DNA of 64,000 bases. Source: Candidatus Eiseniibacteriota bacterium. Its GTDB lineage: Bacteria; Eisenbacteria; RBG-16-71-46. Below, piece after piece: positions 22,774 through 31,775 of the stretch. Positions within the stretch are counted from its first letter, which is position 1, and every line of letters starts with the position of its first letter. The notes under the pieces were generated by a model. That model had not been told where the DNA came from. It did not search any database and saw only the letters and a program-made list of their open reading frames with translations. The position numbers were made by a program, and so were the translations under genes. Location: the NCBI GenBank assembly GCA_963717505.1, contig OY970342.1, positions 1,568,001-1,632,000 on the forward strand. The letters run 5' to 3'.

Positions 22774-24066
22774 ATGAAACTGCCGCGTCCGCTCTGGGCA
22801 GTGCAGCTCTGGTACTGGATTCGCTACCACGGGTTGTTCGCGGCCGCCTTTGTTTGGCGACGACTGCTATTCCGCACGAAATTCGTGGTGATCACCGGCA
22901 GTTCGGGCAAGACCACCACCAAGGAACTGCTCGCCGCCGCACTCGCGACCAAGGCTCCGATCGCGGCGACGCTCCGCAATCGCAACGACCTGCTCGGCGT
23001 CCCCCGCTCGGTGCTGCGGGTGCGCCCGCATCACCGCTACGCCGTGATCGAGGTCGGCATCGACGGTGAGGCGTCGATGCGGCGGGCGGCTCGGCTCACA
23101 CTGCCCCACGTCGCCGTGATCCTGAACGTCAAGGGCACCCACACCACCAGCTTTCGCGACCTCGACCACCACGCCTATTGCAAGGGGCTGCTCCTGAATT
23201 GGCTGAGACCCGGCGGCGTGGCGGTGCTCAACGGTGATGACGCACGCGTCGCTGCTCTCGGCGGGAAGCGGCGCATGACGTGCGTCTACTTCGGAACGAC
23301 TCCCGATCGGGACCTGTGGGTCGATGAAGTCTCGGGGCGCTGGCCGGAGCGCCTTCGGTTCCGTGCGCATGCCGGCGGCGAGACCGTACGCGTCTCGACC
23401 CGACTGGTCGGAACCCACTGGATCGATTCCGCCCGGGCGGCGCTCGCGGCCGCGCGAATCTGCGGAGTGTCGATGTCGGAAGCGGCGTCGGCGTTTGCCG
23501 GAGTCGAGCCGTTTCCCGGCCGACTCATGCCGATGCGACTCCCCTCCGGCGCCATCATCCTGCGCGACGACTACAACGGATCGTGGGACGCGAGCCAGCC
23601 GGCCCTGCGCGTCCTAGCCGAAGCCCGCGCCGAACACCGCTGGTTCGTGGTCACCGATTTCTCGGACTTCGGGCACAACCGCAAGTCCCGCCTCAAGGCT
23701 CTAGCGCCGGCAGTCGCGAAAGTGTGCGATCGCTTCGTGCTCATCGGCGAATTGGCGGACTACGGCGTGCGCCGGGCGGTCGATGCCGGGCTGGCTGCCG
23801 ACGCTGTGTGGGGTTTCGAGTGGCCTGAACAGGCGGCGGCGTTCCTGAAGGACACGCTCGGCCCCGGAGATCTCGTGCTGCTCAAGGGGCGAACCACGGA
23901 TCACGCGGCGCGGATCTACTTCGGATTGCTGGGGGAGGTGCGTTGCCGCCGCCGGCAGTGCGGGCGGCGCTACCTGTGCGACGAGTGCCCCGAACTGGGA
24001 ACGCCCGAAGTGGATCGGGCGCGCGCGCAGCGAGAGCCGCCACCCGTGAGGATCGGGTCGCAGTAA
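22774..24066 (+). CDS. Mur ligase family protein (MurF-like, lacking N-domain, Cys-rich C-tail)
   Basis: VITGSSGKTTTKELL P-loop, AVIEVG, VLNGDD, PGRL, DDYNGS, GDLVLLKG. ATG 22774. Confidence 0.8.
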   Translation: MKLPRPLWAVQLWYWIRYHGLFAAAFVWRRLLFRTKFVVITGSSGKTTTKELLAAALATKAPIAATLRNRNDLLGVPRSVLRVRPHHRYAVIEVGIDGEASMRRAARLTLPHVAVILNVKGTHTTSFRDLDHHAYCKGLLLNWLRPGGVAVLNGDDARVAALGGKRRMTCVYFGTTPDRDLWVDEVSGRWPERLRFRAHAGGETVRVSTRLVGTHWIDSARAALAAARICGVSMSEAASAFAGVEPFPGRLMPMRLPSGAIILRDDYNGSWDASQPALRVLAEARAEHRWFVVTDFSDFGHNRKSRLKALAPAVAKVCDRFVLIGELADYGVRRAVDAGLAADAVWGFEWPEQAAAFLKDTLGPGDLVLLKGRTTDHAARIYFGLLGEVRCRRRQCGRRYLCDECPELGTPEVDRARAQREPPPVRIGSQ

Positions 24067-24072
24067 GAGTGC

Positions 24073-24879
24073 TCAGCGCGTCAGCAGTCCGGCGTCGAGC
24101 ACGAACTGGGAGCCGGTGACGAAACGCGCGGCGTCCGAAGCCAAGTAGACGACCGCTTTGGCCACGTCCTCGGGTTCAATCCACGGCACCGGGAGCAGAT
24201 TGCCGGCAGAACGCTCCGCGATCTCGCGAGTCGTCATGCCCTCCAGCTCGGCGAGGCCGTCGTTCATCGGGGTGTTCACTCCGGTCGGATGAATCGAGAC
24301 CACCCTCACGCCGTGCGGCGCGAGTTCGATCGCCCACGACTTGGTGAGCCCGGTGAGCCCCCATTTGGCGGCCGCGTAGTGGCTGAGCCGACCCATTCCG
24401 CGCAGCCCGCCCACCGAGGAGTTGTTGATGATGACGCCGGAGCGTTGGCCAATCATCACTGGAATCACGCGCCGCGCCACCAACCAGGCGCCCTTGAGGT
24501 TGATGTCGAGCATCGCGTCCCAGGCGTCCTCGGTCAGTTCGTGAGCGAGTCCGTAGGCGCAGATACCGGCGTTGTTGAACAGAATGTCGATCCGCCCGAG
24601 GGCCTTCACCGTCTCGTCGACCGCCTGGCGAACGACTTGGTCGTCGCGCACGTCGCCGGCGAAGGTCAGGCAGCGCACTCCCAAGGCATCGCAGGCGCGC
24701 GCCAGCGAGGCGAGATCTTCTGCCGCACCGAGGCCGTAGCCCGGGTAGGGGAGCGGCTTCGCGACGTCGAAGGCGGCGATGTGGGCACCCTCGCCCGCCA
24801 ACGCCAGCGCCGTGGCGCGCCCCTGCCCGTGCGCCGCCCCGGTGATGAACGCCACTCGACCCGCGAGTCCGGTTTCCAT
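24073..24879 (-). CDS. SDR oxidoreductase resembling the mycofactocin-coupled SDR family
   Basis: ITGAAHGQGR, insert 'FDVAKPLPYPGYGLGAAEDL', NNAG, YAAAKWG, IHPTGVNTPM, NLLPVPWIEPEDV. Confidence 0.85.
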   Translation of the reverse strand: METGLAGRVAFITGAAHGQGRATALALAGEGAHIAAFDVAKPLPYPGYGLGAAEDLASLARACDALGVRCLTFAGDVRDDQVVRQAVDETVKALGRIDILFNNAGICAYGLAHELTEDAWDAMLDINLKGAWLVARRVIPVMIGQRSGVIINNSSVGGLRGMGRLSHYAAAKWGLTGLTKSWAIELAPHGVRVVSIHPTGVNTPMNDGLAELEGMTTREIAERSAGNLLPVPWIEPEDVAKAVVYLASDAARFVTGSQFVLDAGLLTR

Positions 24880-24881
24880 CG

Positions 24882-25412
24882 TTACTTCTTCTCCTTGCGA
24901 TAGCGCGTCAGGTAGTCGTCGAGGTCGACTCGCAGCGCGTCGTTGAAGATGTTGGTCGCGACCATCAGCGCGCCGAACGCGGTGAGGGTCACGATCTGGC
25001 TCGGACTCAGGAATCCCGACAGCCGACCGTACAGCTCGTCGGAAACTTGATGCGGATCCTTCGCGATCTGGAGGCCGTAGTCCACGACGATCTGATCGTG
25101 CTCATCGAGCTGGAGGCGGTCCGGATTCTCGCCCGACTCGATCAAGTGGCGGCGGAAGAACGTCGAGCAGATCAGGCAGTCGGTCTGGGCCGAGATCGCG
25201 TGCGAGAAGAGCTCGGCACGGCGTGCGCCGAGGAACGGCGTGACTTCGTCGCGTAGCGTGTACCACTCCATGAGCGCGCGGAAGGCCGCGGGGGAGTGGC
25301 CGAGCGTGCGCTTCATGTTGGTCAGGCGCTCGTGCGAGGCGAGGTGTCGATCGTATTCGCGGCGCGTTTCGTCGCCGGCAGCTGAAGGTTCGAGCGGGGG
25401 GATACGGGCCAT
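24882..25412 (-). CDS. AhpD/carboxymuconolactone decarboxylase-like protein
   Basis: MARIPPL...NMKRTLGHSP...ISAQTDCLICSTFF (CxxC)...VSDELYGRL...ATNIFNDAL. Confidence 0.7.
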   Translation of the reverse strand: MARIPPLEPSAAGDETRREYDRHLASHERLTNMKRTLGHSPAAFRALMEWYTLRDEVTPFLGARRAELFSHAISAQTDCLICSTFFRRHLIESGENPDRLQLDEHDQIVVDYGLQIAKDPHQVSDELYGRLSGFLSPSQIVTLTAFGALMVATNIFNDALRVDLDDYLTRYRKEKK

Positions 25413-25532
25413 GGCGCTCCCGGGCGGGTGGTTTCGAAGCATCAGTATCAGCCTCGAGGATAGCGCAGGAGGCCGGCGCGTGAGACGGCGATCATCGACG
25501 GGATCTCGAGCCCCGAATTCACCTCAAACGCG

Positions 25533-25562
25533 AGAGGCGGCGTCCTTGCGGACGCCGCCTCT
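25533..25562 (-). terminator. Hairpin, likely terminator after csp
   Basis: 13-bp perfect stem AGAGGCGGCGTCC/GGACGCCGCCTCT with a GCAA loop on the minus strand; weak U tract. Confidence 0.6.
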
Positions 25563-25589
25563 ACGGCGCGAGGTGGTACCTCGTGCGAA

Positions 25590-25793
25590 TTAGGCCTTGC
25601 GAACGTTCGCTGCCTGCAGCCCCTTCGGACCACGGGTCACATCGAACTCGAGCGCCTCACCCTCGGCGAGCGTCTTGAATCCGTCGCCCTGGATGGCCGA
25701 GAAGTGCACAAACACGTCCTCGCCGCCGTCCGTCTGGGTGATGAAACCAAAGCCCTTCGCCTCGTTGAACCACTTCACATTGCCACGAGCCAC
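25590..25793 (-). CDS. csp: Cold-shock protein (CspA family)
   Basis: [15 protein letters not shown] (RNP1), DVFVHFSAI (RNP2); AGGAG RBS, GTG start. Confidence 0.97.
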   Translation of the reverse strand: MARGNVKWFNEAKGFGFITQTDGGEDVFVHFSAIQGDGFKTLAEGEALEFDVTRGPKGLQAANVRKA

Positions 25794-25907
25794 TTTGAAA
25801 CTCCTGTGTTGCCGGATCCGAAGACCCGCACTTGCCGCGGTATCACGCCGCGGCCGCGTCCGGTCACTGTGACCGTCGCTTCGATCGATGCAAAACGGCC
25901 GACCAAC

Positions 25908-25937
25908 AAAAAGCCGCCAGAAACGTCTCTGGCGGTT
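25908..25937 (-). terminator. Intrinsic terminator-like hairpin upstream of csp
   Basis: Minus strand reads ACCGCCAGA-gacgtt-TCTGGCGGC-TTTTTGTT. Confidence 0.65.
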
Positions 25938-26109
25938 CTGAACGTCGACATCTCATCACACAACCGAAGACATGCGCAGTATCGGCCATCGGAGAGAGAA
26001 AATCCAGCCCGGTCGACGATTGCCCGCTAGGACGTTGCCCCTCAATGGGTTGGCACTTGTCTGCCGGGGGCATTCAGCCGCAGGCGACCAGGATCCTCCG
26101 GCCGCCGAG

Positions 26110-26673
26110 CTACTTCCTCATCTCACCCACGACTCGGACATCCGTCAGCCCCAATTGCTTCTCGATCTCCTGCTCGAGCGCCAGGGACAGGTCCGGAGCA
26201 TCCGTGGTGATCAACTTCAGTTTCCCACCACTGTGCAGGACCGCGCTCACCGGATAGCTGGAGGTGGTCCCGCGGCGGCCGGTGCTCACGATTTCTTCGC
26301 GGTAGAGCTGCCGAATTTCCGACGTCTGCACCGTACGGTTGCCCAGCCACGGCAGCGGTCCGTGTTGGATCGAGAGGGACCCTTGCGACACGCGAATCAC
26401 CGTACGGTTGAGGAATCCGGCGAGCGTCCAGTAGGTGAGCCCGACCCCGACGGAAACGTGCAGCAGCGGAAACCACAGCGCGATGTTGCCGGGGTTCGGA
26501 TTCTGGAGCGCCGTGCGATACCAGAAGATCAGGAACCCATCCCAGAGCACGCAGAACCCGGCGAAGACGATGTACTTGAGCGAGAACCAACGATAGCTCA
26601 GTCGAAGGCCGCCAGCCTCGTGCTGAACATCAAGACCCTGGGGGATGGGTGCGTCGAGGGCGGGCTCGGCCAT
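26110..26673 (-). CDS. Hypothetical membrane protein (2 TM + PH-like region)
   Basis: Two hydrophobic segments, then a soluble beta-rich domain. Confidence 0.7.
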   Translation of the reverse strand: MAEPALDAPIPQGLDVQHEAGGLRLSYRWFSLKYIVFAGFCVLWDGFLIFWYRTALQNPNPGNIALWFPLLHVSVGVGLTYWTLAGFLNRTVIRVSQGSLSIQHGPLPWLGNRTVQTSEIRQLYREEIVSTGRRGTTSSYPVSAVLHSGGKLKLITTDAPDLSLALEQEIEKQLGLTDVRVVGEMRK

Positions 26674-26713
26674 GCGGTTCCTCGCGAACTTCGTTGGAAT
26701 CCCCGCGATCCTA

Positions 26714-27208
26714 CTAGGCCGCGGGTCGCTCTCGCGGCTGCTCGATCACCTGCCGGGCTAGTGCCTCGGCCGCAGGCCCGGCTTTGACCTGCTTCGCCGC
26801 CGCCGACAGGACGTAAATGCGGATGTTGTTCGAACCCACATCGCACGGAGTGATGAAGAATCCGTCGCGGTCGGGCGTCCAGGAGTGCGTGTATCCGCAG
26901 ACCAGCTCGCCGTCCTGGAACAGCACGGCGATCTTCTTTCCCTGGGTGGTTTCCATCGCCGAATCGATGAACCCGCGAATGTCCTGTCGCTTGGCGTCGC
27001 CCACCAGGGTCTTGACGAAGAAGACTGCTTTCAAGTCCTTCATGCGCACGGTCTTCACCCCGCTGCCGTCGTCGGTCACCAGATGGAAGCTCGGCTTCAT
27101 GTTGGTGAAGTCCTGCGAGACGCCCTTGAGCATCTCGCCGCTGCGGAAGCGCGCGACGATTCGAACCAGCTCCTTGGACTCGGGGTTCGATGGATTGGGC
27201 GGGTACAT
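26714..27208 (-). CDS. Conserved hypothetical protein (DUF6982-like, two repeated half-domains)
   Basis: 'VARFRSGEMLKG..DF...LKAVFFVK...KKIAVLFQDGELVCG...GFFITP..SNNIRIYV'. AGGGGA RBS. Confidence 0.7.
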   Translation of the reverse strand: MYPPNPSNPESKELVRIVARFRSGEMLKGVSQDFTNMKPSFHLVTDDGSGVKTVRMKDLKAVFFVKTLVGDAKRQDIRGFIDSAMETTQGKKIAVLFQDGELVCGYTHSWTPDRDGFFITPCDVGSNNIRIYVLSAAAKQVKAGPAAEALARQVIEQPRERPAA

Positions 27209-27440
27209 AGCGGATTCCCTCTCCTAGGTCTCGGACGGGCATCGAGCCGGCCACCCGGTCGACGACAGTTCGGGAGTGTTGTCGGCCGGGTCGCGAGTCG
27301 TCTTGAGTCTTGGGACTCGGCCGGTAACCGCATGCGCGGCAAGTGCCTTGCCGTAGAGATTCCGCGCGTATCATCATGGGGCCGAGTACCCCACGCGCCG
27401 GCCCGTTCGGGACCCGGACAACAGACTCGAGGGCCCGGGA

Positions 27441-28814
27441 TTGAACAACACCACGGCGGCGCTGCTGGCAACGGGAGTGCTCGCCGCGTTCGCGGTTCTG
27501 CTCCGCTACCTGGGCGGCGACGTGGTCACGATGCGCACCCTGCCGGTGACCGCGCTGCTGCTCGTCGGATTCCACTATTGCCGGGCCGGATCCTGGTGGC
27601 GGCGCCTCGCCTTCGCCGGATTCGTGGTATGGACCGGAGCCTGGTTCGCCGAGCGCACCTGGGAGCGGGCGGTGGGGAATCTCGAGTCGCTCCCCGAGTG
27701 GGACTACCTCGGATTCTGGCTGCACGCGCGCACCGCCGCGCTCGGCCTCAACTTCTACGACCCGGAGCACGCTCGGGCCCTGGCGCTCCCGTTCCATGTG
27801 AGCCCCGAGTTCCAGAGCGAGATCGTCAACGTCGGGTTCTGGTACCCGCCGCCGTCCATGTTCTTCTTCTGGCCGTTGGGCTTGGCGGATCAGCCGGTGA
27901 AGGCGCTCGCGCCCTGGTACCTGTTCCACACCGCGATGATCGTCGTCGTCGTCTTCCTGTTGTGGAAGGTCTTCTTCGCCGGTCGCGGCCTGCTCGAGTG
28001 GCTGTTGTGCGCCGCCCTGGTCTGTACGACGCACGGCACCTACCAGACGTTCTACTATTCGCAGACCAACTTCGTCGCGCTGCTGGCCGTGCTCCTCTTC
28101 TGGCGCCGCATCGACTCGCGCGCCGGCGGCGCGTGGATCTCGGTGGCCGTGTTCGTGAAGCCGCTGCTCGCAATACTCGCGGTCGTGCCGATCCTGACTC
28201 GGCGCTGGCGCGTCGCGGTCGGGCTCGCGCTCGCGACCCTGGTGCTCCTCGCGGCTTCCGCCGTGGCGTTCGGGCCGGGCACGTTCGCCGACTACTTCAC
28301 CCGGGATCAGCTCAACGCCAAGCCGGACTGGATCTACTCCCAGCCGACGAATCAATCCTTGCTCGGCCTCGTGCTGCGCGCCAGCAAGGCGTCGTGTAGC
28401 GGCGTCCAATGCGTTCTCAATCCGGTCTTCCTCGCCCTCGCGGCGGTGATGGGCGCGGTCACGGTCACGCTCGGCATCGGACTGACCCGGGTGCGCGAGG
28501 ATCACTGGGCGGTCGCGTTGTTCCTGCTGCTCGGCCTCATCGTCTACCCGGTTTCGCAGCTGTTCTACAGCGTTCTGTTGATCCCGCCGGCGCTCATGCT
28601 CTGGCAGAGGCGCGAGCGCATCGCGGGTGGCCTGTGGACCGTGACGGTCGTGCTCGCCATGGTCCAGTCGCTGGCGGCGTTGTATGCGGGACGCCAGGCG
28701 GTGTTCGCATACCTCTTGATGTGGTTCGTGGTGGCGGTGGTCGGACTCGGACTGGTTCGGGGTCGCGGCTGGCCGCTGCGCCCCGCGCCCGAAACCCTCG
28801 ATGCCCGCGCCTGA
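27441..28814 (+). CDS. GT87-like polytopic glycosyltransferase (GT-C fold)
   Basis: 'WDYLGFW...G.NFYD...FWYPPPSMFFFWPL...QTN...FVKP...NQSL'; multiple TMs. Confidence 0.8.
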   Translation: MNNTTAALLATGVLAAFAVLLRYLGGDVVTMRTLPVTALLLVGFHYCRAGSWWRRLAFAGFVVWTGAWFAERTWERAVGNLESLPEWDYLGFWLHARTAALGLNFYDPEHARALALPFHVSPEFQSEIVNVGFWYPPPSMFFFWPLGLADQPVKALAPWYLFHTAMIVVVVFLLWKVFFAGRGLLEWLLCAALVCTTHGTYQTFYYSQTNFVALLAVLLFWRRIDSRAGGAWISVAVFVKPLLAILAVVPILTRRWRVAVGLALATLVLLAASAVAFGPGTFADYFTRDQLNAKPDWIYSQPTNQSLLGLVLRASKASCSGVQCVLNPVFLALAAVMGAVTVTLGIGLTRVREDHWAVALFLLLGLIVYPVSQLFYSVLLIPPALMLWQRRERIAGGLWTVTVVLAMVQSLAALYAGRQAVFAYLLMWFVVAVVGLGLVRGRGWPLRPAPETLDARA

Positions 28815-30126
28815 GTCCGAGCTGAAACCCGGCAACCGGTGGGGCCTGGCGGCCGAGGCCGCGCTCATCGTCGGGTTCTGTCTGCTGTACTTCTTCGGCT
28901 TCCCGCAGTCGAGTCCGGTTCACGGCCCGTTCGAAGTCTTCGATCAGGACAGCGCGTACCTGTTCGAATCCCTCGCCGAGGGCGTGCCCTACGCGTGGAA
29001 TCCGCAGAACCACCTTCTCTACCACGTCCTGGTCGAGGTGGGACATCGGCCGTGGCAGGAGGTGTTCGGATCGGGGCTGGCATCGACCTTCAGCTACCTC
29101 AAGGTCTTCACGGTGCTGACCGGGCTCGGCTTCCTGGTCGCCCTTCGCTGGTTGCTGATCGAACTGGGCATGGGGCTCGGTCCGCGCTTGCTGCTGCTCA
29201 GCCTCACCGGATTCTCGGTTTCGATCTGGTTCCACTTCTCGGCATTCGAGACCCATGGCCTGGCTTTGCCGTTCCTCGTGACCTACCTCGCCTGCCTGGT
29301 TCGGCTCCGCAACCAGGAAAAGCGCGGTGCGCCCGAACGAAACTGGTTCGTGGGCTCGCTCCTGGTCATGACCTGGACGCGGATCGACCTGTTCCGTTTC
29401 GCCGCGGGCAGCGTGTTGCTGCCGCTCTTGCCAGGGACGCGACGATGGGCGCGCAGTTTCTGGGCGGACCTCGCGAAAGTCGCGGTGATCGGGGTGATCG
29501 GGATCACGCTGCTCACCAGCATCTATCGCAGCCTGCCGCTCGAGGAGGCGCTGTTCGCGGCGTTCAAACGCGACGAGCGTAGCTCGCTCGAGGAAAAGGT
29601 GGCGAGCCCGAGCAACCTGTCGGTATCGAATTTCGTCCAGACCGGCCGCGCGCTCCTGCTGTACGGCATCCTGATGCCGGTGGCACCTCGCGACCCGCAG
29701 CGTAGCTTCCTCGCTCTACCCACGTATCGGCTGACGCTGGAGTGGCGCGAGGGCGAGGACCGTCCTTCGACCGGTCTCTTCCTCGAGCCGATGCGCAACT
29801 TCATGGGCTACGCATTGTCGCTGCTTGCCGGGGCCGGACTGCTGGCACTGCTGGCGACAGCCCTGGGCTCGAGTCTGCGGCGGGCAGCCGGCGGCGACGC
29901 GCTACACATCATCCTGCTCGCGCACGCCGCCGGCGGCTGGGTGCTCTACACGTGGTTCAACCCGTTCGAGCCATTCCTCTGGGTCGTGGAATTCGTCCCG
30001 CTGTGGATCGTCATGATTGCCGAGCTGCTGCGCGGGAAATCGCGGTCGACGTGGATCGCGCTAGGAGCACTGACCGCCCTGATCGCGACCCACAATCTGT
30101 ACGCGTTCTACCTGCCGTTCCGCTGA
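28801..30126 (+). CDS. Polytopic membrane protein, possible GT-C glycosyltransferase
   Basis: About 10 TMs, 'FDQDS...NHLLYH', 'FETHGL'; overlaps the GT87 gene. Confidence 0.6.
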   Translation: MPAPESELKPGNRWGLAAEAALIVGFCLLYFFGFPQSSPVHGPFEVFDQDSAYLFESLAEGVPYAWNPQNHLLYHVLVEVGHRPWQEVFGSGLASTFSYLKVFTVLTGLGFLVALRWLLIELGMGLGPRLLLLSLTGFSVSIWFHFSAFETHGLALPFLVTYLACLVRLRNQEKRGAPERNWFVGSLLVMTWTRIDLFRFAAGSVLLPLLPGTRRWARSFWADLAKVAVIGVIGITLLTSIYRSLPLEEALFAAFKRDERSSLEEKVASPSNLSVSNFVQTGRALLLYGILMPVAPRDPQRSFLALPTYRLTLEWREGEDRPSTGLFLEPMRNFMGYALSLLAGAGLLALLATALGSSLRRAAGGDALHIILLAHAAGGWVLYTWFNPFEPFLWVVEFVPLWIVMIAELLRGKSRSTWIALGALTALIATHNLYAFYLPFR

Positions 30127-30134
30127 GGTTCTGG

Positions 30135-30380
30135 CTACTTCACGGCGGCGAGGCTGAACTTCCACCAGCCTGCGCCCTTGGCGACGTCGCGCAGCTTCTG
30201 AGGATCGACCACGTAGATCTCGTCGGCGTCGTTCACCGCCACGATGTAGCCGCCCCAGGCCTCGACGTGCCTGATGGTCCCGGTGCTTTGACCCTGCGCC
30301 GTCGCACTGGTGGCGCCGAGGTGATACGCGAACGCGAGACACAGGATTCCGGCGCAGACATAGAAGAACCGCTTGGCCAT
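30135..30380 (-). CDS. Small secreted protein
   Basis: MAKRFFYVCAGILCLAFAYHLGATSATAQ signal-like leader; 81 aa. Confidence 0.65.
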   Translation of the reverse strand: MAKRFFYVCAGILCLAFAYHLGATSATAQGQSTGTIRHVEAWGGYIVAVNDADEIYVVDPQKLRDVAKGAGWWKFSLAAVK

Positions 30381-30501
30381 GGAGGGCCTCCAGAGGACCG
30401 CCCGGGCAGGGCAGCGGCGGCGTCGGCAATCGTGGGTCCCTGCCTCCCGATTGAACCCAATCACCCTAGCATGCGCGCAACGAAGGGCGCTGTTGTAGCC
30501 T

Positions 30502-31767
30502 GTGTCCGTGCCGCTTCGCCTACAGAAACTCGCCTACCGGTTCGCGCTCGTCTACTTCGCGCTCTACTGCCTTCCCTTCCCGCTCTACATCGTGCCGGGG
30601 CTAGGGGCCTTGGCGACTTGGTACACGAACGGAAGCCGCGCCCTGGGCCAGTGGTTCGGCGAAAACGTCCTGCGGATTCCCGCGGATGCAATCATCAACC
30701 AACCGACCGGCAGCGGCGACACTTTGTACAACTACGTGTTTGCCGTGGCCGTGCTCGCGGTCGCGATCGTCGTGACGCTGGTCTGGTCGATCGTCGATCG
30801 CCTGCGCACTGGCGCGATGGCCGAACGGTGGCTACCGTCCTACATCCGCTACGCGCTGGCGAGCATCTTCCTGCAATACGGGTTCTCGAAGTTGCCGCCA
30901 CTGCAGTTTCCGTCTCCGGGACCCGAGCTGATGATCAGGACCTATGGCGAGTCCTCGCCCATGGGACTACTGTGGACCTTCATGGGCTTTTCCCCCGCGT
31001 ATCAGATGTTCGCGGGGGTCGCGGAGATCATTCCGGGCCTGCTCCTGTTCTTCCGGCGCACGGCGACGCTGGGCGCGCTGATCGGCGCCGCGACGATGAC
31101 CAATGTCGTGGCGCTCAACCTTTGCTACGACGTGCCGGTCAAGCTGTTCTCGCTGCACTTGGTGGGCGCCGCCTTGTTGCTGGCGGCGCCGGATCTGCCG
31201 CGCTTGTTCGACCTGTTGGTGCGCCACCGTCCGGTCGCCGCCGCGCCGCTGCCCTGGACGCCGTCGAGCCCGCAGGCGCAAGCGGCGCTCATGGCCGTGC
31301 GTGCCCTGCTGATCATCGCGGTGTTGATGAACGTCACGACGCAGGCCTATCGCGGCTGGTACCGATACGGCGGCGGTGCGCCTCGATCGCCGATGGCCGG
31401 CGTCTATGACGTCACGTCGTTCGAGGCCGATGGCGAGTCCCAACCGCCATTGTGGACCGACACCAGGCGCTGGCGGCGATTTGTCGTCTTCGGACAGCGG
31501 CCGTGGGTGACCATCCAGTACATGGGCGGCGAAGACGTTCGCTTCATGTTCGAACACGATCCAACGAGCAACAAGCTCGTCTTGCGACATCCCGGGGCGG
31601 ATGGAACGCAGTCCTTGTCGTTCACCGAGACGGGCGAAGGCCGGAGGGTGGTCGAAGGCGACTTCGAGGGGAGGCGAATTTGGGTGGAGCTCGAGAAGAG
31701 CAATGCGAAGTTCCCGTTGACCAGCCGGGGCTTCCGCTGGATTCAGGAGCTGCCCTACAATCGCTGA
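30502..31767 (+). CDS. DoxX-family-like membrane protein
   Basis: 'YGFSKL.PLQFPSP...YGESSPMGLLWTFMGFS...NVVALNLCYDVPVK...FPLTSRGFRWIQE.PYNR'. Confidence 0.8.
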   Translation: MSVPLRLQKLAYRFALVYFALYCLPFPLYIVPGLGALATWYTNGSRALGQWFGENVLRIPADAIINQPTGSGDTLYNYVFAVAVLAVAIVVTLVWSIVDRLRTGAMAERWLPSYIRYALASIFLQYGFSKLPPLQFPSPGPELMIRTYGESSPMGLLWTFMGFSPAYQMFAGVAEIIPGLLLFFRRTATLGALIGAATMTNVVALNLCYDVPVKLFSLHLVGAALLLAAPDLPRLFDLLVRHRPVAAAPLPWTPSSPQAQAALMAVRALLIIAVLMNVTTQAYRGWYRYGGGAPRSPMAGVYDVTSFEADGESQPPLWTDTRRWRRFVVFGQRPWVTIQYMGGEDVRFMFEHDPTSNKLVLRHPGADGTQSLSFTETGEGRRVVEGDFEGRRIWVELEKSNAKFPLTSRGFRWIQELPYNR

Positions 31768-31775
31768 CGGAACGA

